This document shows positions 1 through 9,972 of a DNA stretch of 57,059 nt, one piece after another. Numbering within the stretch: the first letter of the stretch is position 1; each line of letters starts with the position of its first letter. This stretch comes from a virus. Its lineage: Duplodnaviria > Heunggongvirae > Uroviricota > Caudoviricetes. The notes beneath the pieces are model-generated. The model saw nothing but the letters and a program-made list of their open reading frames with translations, was not told the DNA's origin and searched no databases. The stretch is from IMG/VR virus record IMGVR_UViG_3300047471_000949. The stretch is one strand, 5' to 3'. The translations under genes were made by a program, and so were the position numbers.

Positions 1-1
1 A

Positions 2-2638
2 AGCGGCAAGCGTTGGACTGGATATCACGGGAGAGCAACATTTTTACCAGGTGCAGGACCTAAAGGTCGCACTAAGATAATTGGCGCTGGAAAATCGACA
101 ACTCCTAAAGAGGAAACCGTCAACGAAGGAGATGTAGAAGCACTGACCCAATATCGTCGAGCATTAGCGCATCGCGCTGGTATGGAAGGTAAAAATCGTG
201 AAGCACTAGGAACACTTCAAGCTATAGATAAAAAGATTGCTGATGCTAAGAAAAAACAGAAAGAAATAAAAAAGGAAACCGTCAACGAACTGTCCCACGA
301 AAAGCTTGGTCAGTATGCTAAAAAATCATTAGCTGATATTGTTCGTCGTAGCAAACCTAGCCATCAGTCAAAAGATGAACGTAAAATCGCAAACCGCGAA
401 AAGGGATTTGCAAAAGCTATTCAACAGGTCGGTAAAGAAGAAACCGTCAGCGAAGGCGCATATAGAGCTTCTGATGACCGCCACGCTTATAAGGTTAACG
501 ATTATGTAAAAACACTCGAAAAACAAGGGCACAAAGTTACTGGCACAGTTATGCGTGATGATTCTACAAGATCACATGAAACAGACATTTATTATAAACA
601 CAAAAAAACTGGCACTGAAAAATCTAAAAGAGTTGCAACAAGAATGTCTTATGAAGAAACCGAAATAGTTGAAGGCACAGAAGAAAATAGAGCGCGGGAG
701 AAAGCACGTCGAGATAAAAATACCAAGAAATGGAAACAAAACACTGACCGTTGGGCGAAGTGGAAAAATCACATCCGCGCGGGAAATTATCGCAATTATC
801 CAGGAGGACCACTTGTTCCACCAAAATATGGCGCTCCTAAAGAAGAAACCGTCAACGAACTGTCAACTGGATTACTGAAACGCTATGCTGCAAAAGCTGA
901 TACTGCGTCGTTACGCGCTCAATACAAGAACAAACCAAAAACTGAGTTCAAGAGAGCTGCCGGAGCAGCAAAAGCTAGAGCTATTGTTGCGAAGCGCGAT
1001 AGTAGTGGTCAGCAAGTCAACTTCCGTAAGCAAGCAGCGAAAAGAGAGCGTCTTGCTCACTCCGGTTACGACACCACCAAAGAACGTGATATGGATATGA
1101 AGGAAGGTCTAACCCTTACCAGGCTCCGCCAAATTATGGGAGAGGATAACGGCACCAACTGGGGCGGCAATCAGTCATCGACTGCAGGACCTGGAAAAGA
1201 CCTATCTGGCCCAAAAAAGAATAAACAACCGAAACAACAAACACAGCAACCTCCCAAGCAACAAGCCAAGAAACAAGACGAACCACTTGATCCTGAGGAT
1301 AAAGTAAAGCTCGGCGGAAAAACTCCAGTCATCGTCAATCCGACCCTCGCACAAACTGCATCAGTTGCTACTGATAAGGATATGAAGCTAGCCAAGTCTG
1401 GAAAAGGTCGTATAGAAAGACCAGTAACAGAAAGTAGCAGCGGGGCTCGTCTTATAATGGCTTTGGGCGCCTATGCAATGCGACACCGAATAGGCCGAGG
1501 AATTCGAAGCGTATTGGGCACTGATCAATCCCGAACAAGCTCACAAGAACGACCAACACGAGTAACAGCAGCCTCAAAGAAACTTTCGGGAGTAACAGTT
1601 GGAGCAACTGGTCCAAAAATGAAATCAGCCCCATCACCATGGGGAGCAAGACCAACTGCGGGTCTTGATCGAGCAAGTTCTGCAAAAGAACGAGAAGCAG
1701 CAAGAACTGCTGCTGATTCGGCAGTATTACATAAAAGCATCGTTGATCGAGGCCAACAACGTAAAGCCGGAATGGATGCATGGCATAAGAAATGGGATAA
1801 TGATCCTCAATCGCTGGCAGCCAAAAAGAATTTTCAATCTACTACAGTTGATAAACCTATTGGAGATGCAGGCAGAACTTCTTCTGAACCTAAACCTGAA
1901 AAACCAGCGCTAAGTCTGAGCAAGATAAAATCAGGACAAAAGATAAAAGCCCCCGACTATCTTAAACTAGTGAGCAACAACCCCAAGATGAAGCGGAGAT
2001 GGGGGAATAACGAAGAAACCGACCTAGATGAAATCAGCTTCCGTCAGGCTTCCCGCATTAATAAACGAATGCATCCTGGAGAGATACGTTCCTATGGACA
2101 ACGCGATGATCGTGAGGCGCTTAGAAATCTTCGAAAGGATAAGGATTGGGGAATCTATGGTGATTCTAAAGCCGAACAACGTCGTGGTCAGGAATACGAA
2201 GCTGAACGAGAAGCGATAAAAAAGAAAGTGAAAAAAGAAGAGACCATCCGACGAGTAATCGGGGAAGCTACTGGAAAATCATTTAAAAAGAACTTAGCAA
2301 CATCAGGGCTGGGCGGCGCTTCAAAATCAAAAGGCAAGGCCGGAGCTAAAGGACAAGATACTGAAGGCGATCAGCACCCTATCAATGTCGCCAGGAAAGC
2401 CGTTGATTTGCGCTCTCCGGTAACCCTAAAGCATTCTAACAAGGAAACGACCTCCATCAGCCCCAATGTTGGCCATAAGGTGCTACAGAACTATGGGAAG
2501 CTTCAAAGACCTCACGAAAAAGAAGCAATGGTATCGCAGATATGGGGATCGGCAAAGGGATTATCCGATCATTTAGAAGGTAAAAAACACAGTCCCAAGC
2601 CAGTTCACTGGGCACTAAAGGGTATCCCAAGAGCTTAA
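2..2638 (+). CDS. Large basic head-internal (virion) protein, 5'-truncated by the window edge, with repeated KEETVNE-like motifs
   Basis: Frame is open from base 2 (SGKRWTGY...KEETVNEG...) into the listed ORF. It is Lys/Arg-rich with recurring KEETVNE/KEETVSE/EETDLDE motifs resembling T4 gp21 prohead protease sites (cleavage after Glu). Confidence 0.65.
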   Translation, partial: SGKRWTGYHGRATFLPGAGPKGRTKIIGAGKSTTPKEETVNEGDVEALTQYRRALAHRAGMEGKNREALGTLQAIDKKIADAKKKQKEIKKETVNELSHEKLGQYAKKSLADIVRRSKPSHQSKDERKIANREKGFAKAIQQVGKEETVSEGAYRASDDRHAYKVNDYVKTLEKQGHKVTGTVMRDDSTRSHETDIYYKHKKTGTEKSKRVATRMSYEETEIVEGTEENRAREKARRDKNTKKWKQNTDRWAKWKNHIRAGNYRNYPGGPLVPPKYGAPKEETVNELSTGLLKRYAAKADTASLRAQYKNKPKTEFKRAAGAAKARAIVAKRDSSGQQVNFRKQAAKRERLAHSGYDTTKERDMDMKEGLTLTRLRQIMGEDNGTNWGGNQSSTAGPGKDLSGPKKNKQPKQQTQQPPKQQAKKQDEPLDPEDKVKLGGKTPVIVNPTLAQTASVATDKDMKLAKSGKGRIERPVTESSSGARLIMALGAYAMRHRIGRGIRSVLGTDQSRTSSQERPTRVTAASKKLSGVTVGATGPKMKSAPSPWGARPTAGLDRASSAKEREAARTAADSAVLHKSIVDRGQQRKAGMDAWHKKWDNDPQSLAAKKNFQSTTVDKPIGDAGRTSSEPKPEKPALSLSKIKSGQKIKAPDYLKLVSNNPKMKRRWGNNEETDLDEISFRQASRINKRMHPGEIRSYGQRDDREALRNLRKDKDWGIYGDSKAEQRRGQEYEAEREAIKKKVKKEETIRRVIGEATGKSFKKNLATSGLGGASKSKGKAGAKGQDTEGDQHPINVARKAVDLRSPVTLKHSNKETTSISPNVGHKVLQNYGKLQRPHEKEAMVSQIWGSAKGLSDHLEGKKHSPKPVHWALKGIPRA

Positions 2639-2668
2639 AAATAATAAATAACAATAAGGAGACACAAT

Positions 2669-3619
2669 ATGTCACAATGGAAAAGCAACGCTAACACAAC
2701 AGGAGCCCCAAAATGGGGAGCTGAGATATTGCAACAAGGCTCGGGCCGAACTGCAATAACCGCTAATAACCTAGCGCTTGTGGCAAATGTTACTCCCGGA
2801 TCACAAGTAATACACGGAGTGACTCAAAAGATGGTTAGTGGTATCTTCCCTGTCACCGCACGAGCCAAGGCAAACACCTCCGGCGAATCGGCTAAAGCGC
2901 ACGGTCTAGGCTGGGCTCTTCGAACTAGAGGGGAAGGCCAGCTCAAGACATTTACCGCAAATACCGGCTCGGGATTTCTAACAGGTGATACAGTGACTGT
3001 ATCTAATGGCCAAGGCGTCAATGCCTTTGCTATTATTACTGCAAATGCCACCGGCAATATTGCTTCTGTTGCGTGGCCGGGCTCGATCCTCGGAGGACCA
3101 GCATTCGTCAATACCTCGATTATTTTGGTTGGCTTCAATCGAGAAAAGCACATTACCAAACTGAATTCAGCCAACGGCTCCAGCTCATCGCTTACAAACG
3201 TCGGCAATGCTAACGTCATCAACGTCACTATCTCCAACACTGGAAACAGCTTTGCTCTAGGTTCTGGAAAAATCGCTACTGGTTCGTTCACCTCGAACGC
3301 AACCGGCGGTATCTCTAACACCGAAACTCAGGCCATCGTATGGGGAGCAAATGGAGGTCAGTTCTCCAACAACCAGGTCAACACCGCAGTTGTTGTAGTC
3401 TTCACCAACGCCGCAAATGGCGCAGTAATTGGTAACACTGGTGGAACTTGGACCGTAACAGCAAACCTAGACGCAAGTGCCGGTGGTGCAGTAAACGCAA
3501 CGCCTGGCGCAATCGGCGGGCGAGCTGGTCGAGTGACCTATGAGATGCTAGTCATTGATCGACATATCGCAAACGGCACTAGTACAGTTGCTAACTCAGC
3601 AGTCCTGCCTGAAACGTAA
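2669..3619 (+). CDS. Putative virion structural protein (Gly/Asn/Thr/Ala-rich)
   Basis: AGGAG RBS; beta-rich composition; C-terminal GRAGRVTYEMLV motif typical of T4-like structural proteins. Confidence 0.55.
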   Translation: MSQWKSNANTTGAPKWGAEILQQGSGRTAITANNLALVANVTPGSQVIHGVTQKMVSGIFPVTARAKANTSGESAKAHGLGWALRTRGEGQLKTFTANTGSGFLTGDTVTVSNGQGVNAFAIITANATGNIASVAWPGSILGGPAFVNTSIILVGFNREKHITKLNSANGSSSSLTNVGNANVINVTISNTGNSFALGSGKIATGSFTSNATGGISNTETQAIVWGANGGQFSNNQVNTAVVVVFTNAANGAVIGNTGGTWTVTANLDASAGGAVNATPGAIGGRAGRVTYEMLVIDRHIANGTSTVANSAVLPET

Positions 3620-3621
3620 GC

Positions 3622-3629
3622 TATAAATA
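3622..3629 (+). promoter_or_regulatory. T4-type late promoter TATAAATA
   Basis: Exact gp55 consensus 8 nt upstream of ORF 3637; the motif recurs upstream of many genes and tRNAs in the window. Confidence 0.75.
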
Positions 3630-3636
3630 GTTTATA

Positions 3637-3960
3637 ATGGTCAATCAAGGGAAGTCCACGCTACAGTTTCCGATTAAAACTACTCTACTCGACGCTAACG
3701 ATAGAGTAGTTTTTATTTACGGAGCCGATACGGCCAATGTCGCGGCTCCAGGCAATGTCGCTCAAACCGCGACAATCACCGTCCCCAACCTCTGTACTGC
3801 TATAGCCCCTACTCTACAGGTCGCAATCCTTCCATCTGATCCAGCCAATTCCGTATCATTAGTAATCAAGAAAGGCACTGTTTTCGCAACACCTTCCTTC
3901 CTTTATGTGGCTAATGAAGATAATCATACAGTGAGGGTGGCACTAGCACCATTTCCGTGA
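3637..3960 (+). CDS. Hypothetical late protein
   Basis: ORF directly downstream of a late promoter. Confidence 0.6.
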   Translation: MVNQGKSTLQFPIKTTLLDANDRVVFIYGADTANVAAPGNVAQTATITVPNLCTAIAPTLQVAILPSDPANSVSLVIKKGTVFATPSFLYVANEDNHTVRVALAPFP

Positions 3961-3976
3961 TAGCCCATGATTCATT

Positions 3977-4405
3977 ATGATTATCCATGTAAACCCACCA
4001 TTACTCACTGAAGAAAATTGGCCGATCTATACCGCCCAACACTACAGAAATACTCAGTGCGCGTCTATGGACGAGTTCAACGAAGATATCCGAAGAATAA
4101 AATACCTAAAAAAACTTTGCACTCGTTTCGAGACTACTGGAGAACTCAAAACCAGACTTATACTTAATCACCTTGTTGTCCTTAATAACGTATTCCTCCC
4201 CGAACCATTCAATCGAATCCTCTTCCTTAAAACCGAACCTCAGTTTGGCCTGATTAAACCGTTTCTCTTGACTTTATCAGTCCTATCTGATAAAATAATC
4301 AATGTAAAAACGCATCGCATTGTCGATACCTCCTCGATTGCTATGAATCCTATTATTATAAATAACCTACGCGAGATTTTACCGGGAAAAAGGCTAGACG
4401 AATAA
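3977..4405 (+). CDS. Conserved T4-like phage hypothetical protein
   Basis: HYRNTQC...EFNEDIRRIKYLKKL...GELKTRLILNHLVVLNNVF motif, commonly found upstream of primase in T4-like phages. Confidence 0.75.
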   Translation: MIIHVNPPLLTEENWPIYTAQHYRNTQCASMDEFNEDIRRIKYLKKLCTRFETTGELKTRLILNHLVVLNNVFLPEPFNRILFLKTEPQFGLIKPFLLTLSVLSDKIINVKTHRIVDTSSIAMNPIIINNLREILPGKRLDE

Positions 4406-4830
4406 TGTTTGTAACCAAAGCAGTTCAGGACGCAATTGCGGCCAAGAATAAAAAAAAGGCGGATGAGGTGGAAAAGCGCGTCAAAGACTTCAAAAAAATG
4501 AAGTTTCCAAAACCTAAACCCAAAAAACTGAAAGAAAACGAAATATTGATGTATAAGTCAGGGGAAAAACACCTCAAAACCTATCTTAATCTTATGAAGA
4601 TGAAACGAGCAAATGGGCAGATGACGCCGGCCGACGAGGAAATGGAGAAGCTCGCGCAAAAACATCATGCGGGCAAGATACTGAAAAATGTGCTGACTTC
4701 CAAGAATATCAAAGAGAACGCCCCCACCAACTGTGTTGGTTCTGGTTCTATCGCCGCCTTCAACCCAAAACTGGGTGGAAAAAAGGTTCTAAAGCGTTAT
4801 AAAGATGTTGTCCGAAAAACTAACTCTTAA
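4405..4830 (+). CDS. Basic hypothetical protein, probable head-internal protein
   Basis: Coupled to the previous gene; IKENAPTNCVGSGSIA motif seen in T4-like phages. Confidence 0.55.
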   Translation: MFVTKAVQDAIAAKNKKKADEVEKRVKDFKKMKFPKPKPKKLKENEILMYKSGEKHLKTYLNLMKMKRANGQMTPADEEMEKLAQKHHAGKILKNVLTSKNIKENAPTNCVGSGSIAAFNPKLGGKKVLKRYKDVVRKTNS

Positions 4831-5311
4831 GTGGAAAAAACCCAATCCTGAGAAGGAACACTCCGAAGTAAAGTATCAGCTAAAGAAAGGCTGTAAACCT
4901 GGAGAGACACTAACTGGCTGTCCAGATTGGGTTAAAAAACGACTTAAAAAGCTCCGAGATAAGAAGAAGTGGAAAGCGGCCTTAAAGGCTGGAATCGAAA
5001 AACACTTCGGCCGAGAACATATCAAAAAAATAGGTTGGTTCGGGCCGCGCGGCAACACCGGAGAAACCTGGAAACAAATCCTTCATAAAAAATACTTCGA
5101 TCAGTCTGCTGGAGAACACTTCAAGCATGTTAATACTCCTTACAAGATCAAGGAGAAAATGAAGGCAGGCAAGGGACTGAGAAAACCTGTTGTCCTTCAC
5201 AATCCCAAGACTGGCGCCCACTGGTTGATTGGAGGTCATCATCGAATGTCCTATGTCTCCACCAAACTGAAAAAGCCGGTGGCGGCCCATGTAATCGAGG
5301 ATACTAAATAA
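4805..5311 (+). CDS. Basic protein with C-terminal ParB/sulfiredoxin-like motif
   Basis: KPVVL...WLIGGHHRM...PVAAHVIE resembles the ParB-N GxxR motif. Confidence 0.5.
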   Translation: MLSEKLTLKWKKPNPEKEHSEVKYQLKKGCKPGETLTGCPDWVKKRLKKLRDKKKWKAALKAGIEKHFGREHIKKIGWFGPRGNTGETWKQILHKKYFDQSAGEHFKHVNTPYKIKEKMKAGKGLRKPVVLHNPKTGAHWLIGGHHRMSYVSTKLKKPVAAHVIEDTK

Positions 5312-5641
5312 ATGGCAGATGATAATAACAATTATGACAATGAAAATACCAATGACAATAAATCATTTAATGATATACAGCAACAACGGCGTCTTAATGA
5401 TTATACATGGGTAGAATATCGTCAGCTTATTATTTCAGAACTAAACAGATTGAATACAACAATCATTCAGCTTAACAACCGTTTAGACCGAAATTTTCAT
5501 GAGTTTAGTACAGAGTTTAGTAAAATAAAAATCGATATTGCTATGCTCCAAATAAAATCGGGAATATGGGGAGGATTAGCAGGAGCTGTTATCGCGTTGG
5601 CCGCGGTATTAGTCCGATATATATCAGTCTCAGGACACTAA
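5312..5641 (+). CDS. Coiled-coil protein with C-terminal transmembrane helix
   Basis: Heptad region followed by hydrophobic GIWGGLAGAVIALAAVLV. Confidence 0.55.
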   Translation: MADDNNNYDNENTNDNKSFNDIQQQRRLNDYTWVEYRQLIISELNRLNTTIIQLNNRLDRNFHEFSTEFSKIKIDIAMLQIKSGIWGGLAGAVIALAAVLVRYISVSGH

Positions 5642-5642
5642 T

Positions 5643-5837
5643 ATGACATTTAAAGAACATTGGCGCTCGTTATTTCACATTACATCTCAAAAAGAAATTC
5701 ATCAAATGCTTGATAAAATAGATGCTCAGTATAAGGACCTTAAACAGGATGTATTTAAACTTCAGCAATCAATTGATCCCATTTCTGACCTGATTAGCGA
5801 GTTAGAAAAAGCGTTTATTAAAGATCGCGAAAAATGA
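5643..5837 (+). CDS. Hypothetical protein
   Basis: Tightly packed ORF with ATGA overlap to the next gene. Confidence 0.55.
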   Translation: MTFKEHWRSLFHITSQKEIHQMLDKIDAQYKDLKQDVFKLQQSIDPISDLISELEKAFIKDREK

Positions 5838-6205
5838 CCAATCCTTTTGCATATTACAATTTTATAACATTCTTCTTATTACTGCTCGATATCCTCGTGA
5901 TAGGCGTCATTAGTAAGTTTATGATTAACCAGTTGAAACAAAATAAATGGAATTCCCCCTCTAACAAGTTGTCAGCGGGTTTACTAGCTTATATCTCTGG
6001 ACATACCCTGCTTATAGTGACCGGACTTATTGCTACTACACATTGGTCATTTCATTTTACCAGAACTGCCGCAATACTATTAACTGTTGTTGGTTTATTA
6101 TGTCTTTTTAGACAGTTGTATCAGTCACTTATTCCTGCGAAAGGACTAGGAATAATAATCGCTGGTTTGGTCATTCTTGCTGCGGTTGGAGCTTATATCT
6201 ACTAA
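5834..6205 (+). CDS. Four-TM membrane protein
   Basis: Four hydrophobic segments. Confidence 0.6.
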   Translation: MTNPFAYYNFITFFLLLLDILVIGVISKFMINQLKQNKWNSPSNKLSAGLLAYISGHTLLIVTGLIATTHWSFHFTRTAAILLTVVGLLCLFRQLYQSLIPAKGLGIIIAGLVILAAVGAYIY

Positions 6206-6400
6206 GAATAGAAAGAAGTAGGTTTTCTATACAACAAAACTAGCGTATATTCAATAGTATGCCACATACACAACATTAGAAGCCAAATTTGATCGACAAG
6301 AATAAACAGCCCCTTACCTTCTGGGACATAGCCATCAGGATAATATCCTAAACTGGCTGAAACAATAACTGATAACATCGAAGATACTAAATAACCAAAA

Positions 6401-6967
6401 ATGACTGAAACCTCAAGCACCAACTGTAATCATAATACGGCCCTTAATCTACGGATCGATGCCATCGAAAAAATGGCGCAGGAACGGGAAGATCGCAACA
6501 AGGAACGAATAGAGTCCATCAAAGCTGCTACCGCTATTGCGCTGTCTTCGGTTGAAAGAAGCTTTGAAAACATTAAGGAAGCAACAGCCTTAGCTCAGGG
6601 CACTATGGAAAAGCGGCTGGATGGAATGAATGAGTTCCGCGACGCACTCAAAGATCAGACCATGAATTCTCCCACCCGTGAAGAATTAAATCGGGTTGTA
6701 GAAGACATAAAAGTTATGGGGGGCCGGTTCCTGGACAAAGCTCTTTATGATACCCAACACGAGCAACTACGCCAGCAAGTCAACCACAACACCAACAGGC
6801 TTTATGAGATTGAAAAGTTCATTTCATCCATTGCCAACATCAAGGAAGAAAAGAGACAAGGCGTTACCCAGACTTATTACGGGATGGCCATGGTCGGTGT
6901 TGGATTTTCGGTCCTTACCTCGTTGGCTGGTATTATATTTACAATGATAACTTATTTTCACCAATAA
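6401..6967 (+). CDS. Coiled-coil protein with C-terminal TM helix
   Basis: RLDGMNEFR coiled-coil region and hydrophobic C-terminus. Confidence 0.6.
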   Translation: MTETSSTNCNHNTALNLRIDAIEKMAQEREDRNKERIESIKAATAIALSSVERSFENIKEATALAQGTMEKRLDGMNEFRDALKDQTMNSPTREELNRVVEDIKVMGGRFLDKALYDTQHEQLRQQVNHNTNRLYEIEKFISSIANIKEEKRQGVTQTYYGMAMVGVGFSVLTSLAGIIFTMITYFHQ

Positions 6968-6995
6968 AATTAATGTTCAGTCATCATCTTAGCGC

Positions 6996-7023
6996 TTGAC
7001 ATACGTATAAATATCTATACAAT
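6996..7023 (+). promoter_or_regulatory. Overlapping sigma70-like (TTGACA...TACAAT) and late (TATAAATA) promoters
   Basis: TTGACA 6996-7001, TATAAATA 7006-7013, TACAAT 7018-7023; followed by ~350 nt with no convincing ORF. Confidence 0.6.
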
Positions 7024-7379
7024 ATAGACTACTCTTGAATGTCGGAACAATAACGGCTGGTTCAAGTTTTATCATGTAAACAGTGGGATTCTGGCAATAC
7101 ATAGCGGCGGTCGAATGGAGAGAGCCGTAGGACCAGATAGGGGAGTGAAACCCGAAACAGTAGTCTCCTAGTATTGAGTTCACCTCTAACTCTTTATACT
7201 GATGGCTCCATACGGGAATGCTAGTCAGGACGGACATCTCCGACAAAAAGTTGGGGATGTCTAAGTTCGTCCTGACTGATTCACACACCGGGAATATCAA
7301 AGGCCTTAAGTATAAGGGAGGACTCTACCTTTTACCTAATCTAAGGCCGATTGGACTCGACTCCTTTAAGAACCAGTCC

Positions 7380-7409
7380 TTGACAATCGCGGCTTCGCCG
7401 CGATATAAT
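7380..7409 (+). promoter_or_regulatory. Consensus sigma70 promoter of primase with palindromic spacer
   Basis: TTGACA-18 nt-TATAAT; spacer region ATCGCGGC-TTC-GCCGCGAT. Confidence 0.7.
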
Positions 7410-7416
7410 ATCCTTT

Positions 7417-8445
7417 ATGAATACTATCAACTTAGATAGGAAGTATATCCTACAACTCTCAAATCGCCTTGAGGGTTTCAGACAAAAGGCTCAAAACCTT
7501 TTTAACTGTCGTTGTCCGTTCTGTGGTGATTCCAAAACCAGAAAGAGGATTAAACGAGGTTACTTTTATCTCAAGAATGATCACTTTATTTATTATTGTC
7601 ATAATAATCCTGGTTGTTCTTCTTCAATAAAATATTTCCTAAAAAAGTTCGATACTTCTCTTTATAGTCAATATCGGCTGGAGGAGTTTCAACAAAGTAA
7701 GCCAGATATGATTCCCCTTACCAAGACTAATATAGCCTTGAAGTTCGACGACTCATTCTATTCACAAAAACTAAAAAATCTTCCTAAAATATCACAACTA
7801 AAACCAGATCATCCGGCCAAGCGCTATATAGAGAGTAGGAAGATACCAACTGAGTTCCATTCATTATTACGATGGGAACCAGCGTTTATGTGGTGGGTAA
7901 ATACTTTAATAAAAGGCAAGTTTGATGAAAAAGCTTTGTTCTTTGATGAGGGGCGTATTGTCATCCCTTATTTTGATCGGCAACACCGCCTTACTGCTGT
8001 TTCTGGTCGGGCTATTTCTGATTCTCAGCAGCGCTATATTAATGTGGTATTGGATAAGGATGCGCCTTTACTCTATGGGCTGGAAAGGGTAGACTTAACG
8101 AAAACTGTTTATGTAGTGGAGGGGCAGTTCGATTCGATGTTTCTGGATAACTGTATTGCCTTGTCGGGAAGCAACATTAATGCCTTGACAACGCTGGCAG
8201 AACGTGATAAATTTGTAATAGTCTTTGATAATGAACCAAGGTCTCAAATTGCCAGAAAAAAGCTTGAAGTCGCCATTAATCAAGGCTACCGTGTGGTTGT
8301 GTGGCCCAGATGGATCGCGTCGAAAGATATCAACGATATGGTTAGAGGAGGACTCAGCCCGACGTATATTCTGGAGGTCATTGACAACAACGCCTTCGAA
8401 GGCATCTCAGCTAAAATAAGATTAGAGGAATGGTCAAAGAACTGA
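7417..8445 (+). CDS. gp61: DNA primase (T4 gp61-like)
   Basis: Zn finger CRCPFCGDS...YYCHN; TOPRIM motifs VVEGQFDSMF, VFDNEPR, KDINDM. Confidence 0.95.
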   Translation: MNTINLDRKYILQLSNRLEGFRQKAQNLFNCRCPFCGDSKTRKRIKRGYFYLKNDHFIYYCHNNPGCSSSIKYFLKKFDTSLYSQYRLEEFQQSKPDMIPLTKTNIALKFDDSFYSQKLKNLPKISQLKPDHPAKRYIESRKIPTEFHSLLRWEPAFMWWVNTLIKGKFDEKALFFDEGRIVIPYFDRQHRLTAVSGRAISDSQQRYINVVLDKDAPLLYGLERVDLTKTVYVVEGQFDSMFLDNCIALSGSNINALTTLAERDKFVIVFDNEPRSQIARKKLEVAINQGYRVVVWPRWIASKDINDMVRGGLSPTYILEVIDNNAFEGISAKIRLEEWSKN

Positions 8446-8663
8446 AGTTAATAGCAAAAGCAATTGTTCTGGCGTTATGGACTATCGCAAACTTTCTTGT
8501 AACAGCAACACTTTTGGTAATACCAGTCCTGGCTGTTATGTTTATGGTTAGCTGGCTTACTAATTCTCCGGAATCGATTTTATGGGAATGGATAGCCGGA
8601 GTTGCAATGTGTATTTTTTATGCAATAGTCACAGTTCATTATACGGAGCTTAAAGACAAATGA
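8430..8663 (+). CDS. Small membrane protein
   Basis: Two hydrophobic helices; operon packing. Confidence 0.55.
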   Translation: MVKELKLIAKAIVLALWTIANFLVTATLLVIPVLAVMFMVSWLTNSPESILWEWIAGVAMCIFYAIVTVHYTELKDK

Positions 8664-8923
8664 CTGTTTTGATAACAATTCAATCGCCAGATAGTGATAT
8701 TAATACTAAACTGGGGTATTTTATTGGAAACGCGCGGGACCGTGATGAAAAGCGTTGGCGACGTCCGCGTTCGCTGTTAAAGCGGCTTCGCGATGCGCTT
8801 AGCCCTGATCAACCAAGATGGAATGGCAGAGGAGGCAATGAATGGAACAATATGCCGGGATTTGCCTTTGAATACAAGACTAAGGAAATTGTTTGGACAA
8901 ATAACGAGTGGCAAACGAAATGA
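8660..8923 (+). CDS. Hypothetical protein
   Basis: ATGA overlaps on both sides. Confidence 0.55.
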   Translation: MTVLITIQSPDSDINTKLGYFIGNARDRDEKRWRRPRSLLKRLRDALSPDQPRWNGRGGNEWNNMPGFAFEYKTKEIVWTNNEWQTK

Positions 8924-9105
8924 GTGATAAGAGTAGTAGTGGAGGAATAGGCTTTGTTGGCCTCTTGACGCTTTTATTTATTGCGCTGAAGCTGACTAAT
9001 TATATTGACTGGAGCTGGTGGTGGGTTTTGTCGCCAATGTGGATTGGTTTCTTGTTGATTTTTATTATTGTTGCTGCGGTTATTGGGATGGCTATAAAAA
9101 AATGA
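8920..9105 (+). CDS. Small conserved phage membrane protein
   Basis: SSSGGIGFVGLLTLLFIALKL..IDWSWWWVLSPMW, a widespread phage motif. Confidence 0.75.
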   Translation: MSDKSSSGGIGFVGLLTLLFIALKLTNYIDWSWWWVLSPMWIGFLLIFIIVAAVIGMAIKK

Positions 9106-9359
9106 GTTGGAGAGATTGGTTTAGTGTCAGGCAAGAAGAAGTAGCACTAGAAGACGTCATAAAGCTTGTTAGTGATACTATTAAAAAGCTTATTAATGCT
9201 ACTCAAGGAGGTTTTGACTTGCTTGTGAAGGTCTATGAGCGTACTAAACAACTTGAGGAACGCGTGGAGAAGCTTGAGGCGCATAATAAGCGACATTGGA
9301 GCAATATACCAGAAACGCGTGAGCATTATTTATCGAGAGACGATCAAAACGATGTTTGA
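9102..9359 (+). CDS. Coiled-coil hypothetical protein
   Basis: ATGA overlap; heptad C-terminus. Confidence 0.55.
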   Translation: MSWRDWFSVRQEEVALEDVIKLVSDTIKKLINATQGGFDLLVKVYERTKQLEERVEKLEAHNKRHWSNIPETREHYLSRDDQNDV

Positions 9360-9594
9360 TCTTTTTAAATCCAGCCAAGACCATCTCAATAATACCATAG
9401 TTGGTAGTATTACCAAACTAACCAACAATGTTACGGAACTGACTCTAATCGTTACTGATATGGTTTCCACTGTTAAAGTATTATCTACTCAGATAAACGA
9501 GCTGCAAAAATGTGTTATACATTTACACGAGCGGCTGAAGCAGTTAGAAACACCTGATGTGAGCGGCAATGAGTTCCCAAGCTTCAAATTATAA
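9352..9594 (+). CDS. Coiled-coil hypothetical protein
   Basis: Overlapping start; heptad pattern. Confidence 0.5.
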   Translation: MFDLFKSSQDHLNNTIVGSITKLTNNVTELTLIVTDMVSTVKVLSTQINELQKCVIHLHERLKQLETPDVSGNEFPSFKL

Positions 9595-9732
9595 AAGGAG
9601 AAATAATGAGCGGTATTGAAACTTTGACAGTGCTATTACTGTTTCCGTTTGTACTAACTGGTAGTACCTATTGCGGCTGGCTAGTGATGCATTGGATATG
9701 GGACCAGGCAAAAAAATGAAAATTGATGCTCG

Positions 9733-9972
9733 ATGACTAAAAAAACAAAAACAGCAAGCGGCTGGGCTATTGTCGGGGACTGTGGTTTATATATTGGATG
9801 GTGGTTAACCCGACAAGACGCTATCGATGGTCATTGTGAGGCTTTTAGATGGCTTGATCGTATTGATCCTATAAACCGGAAAGCTGAATGGAAGGCCCGC
9901 CAAAAAGACGGCGACCAGGTTGTTAAAGTCCAAATAAGCTATGATAATATTCGTAAACAGAAATCAAGCTAA
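9733..9972 (+). CDS. Hypothetical protein
   Basis: ORF in co-directional array. Confidence 0.55.
   Translation: MTKKTKTASGWAIVGDCGLYIGWWLTRQDAIDGHCEAFRWLDRIDPINRKAEWKARQKDGDQVVKVQISYDNIRKQKSS

Noticed and set aside
6202-6423. Minus-strand membrane ORF filling the gap at 6206-6400
   Set aside because: Hydrophobic, but opposite to all neighbours and lacking a clear RBS; I cannot support it.
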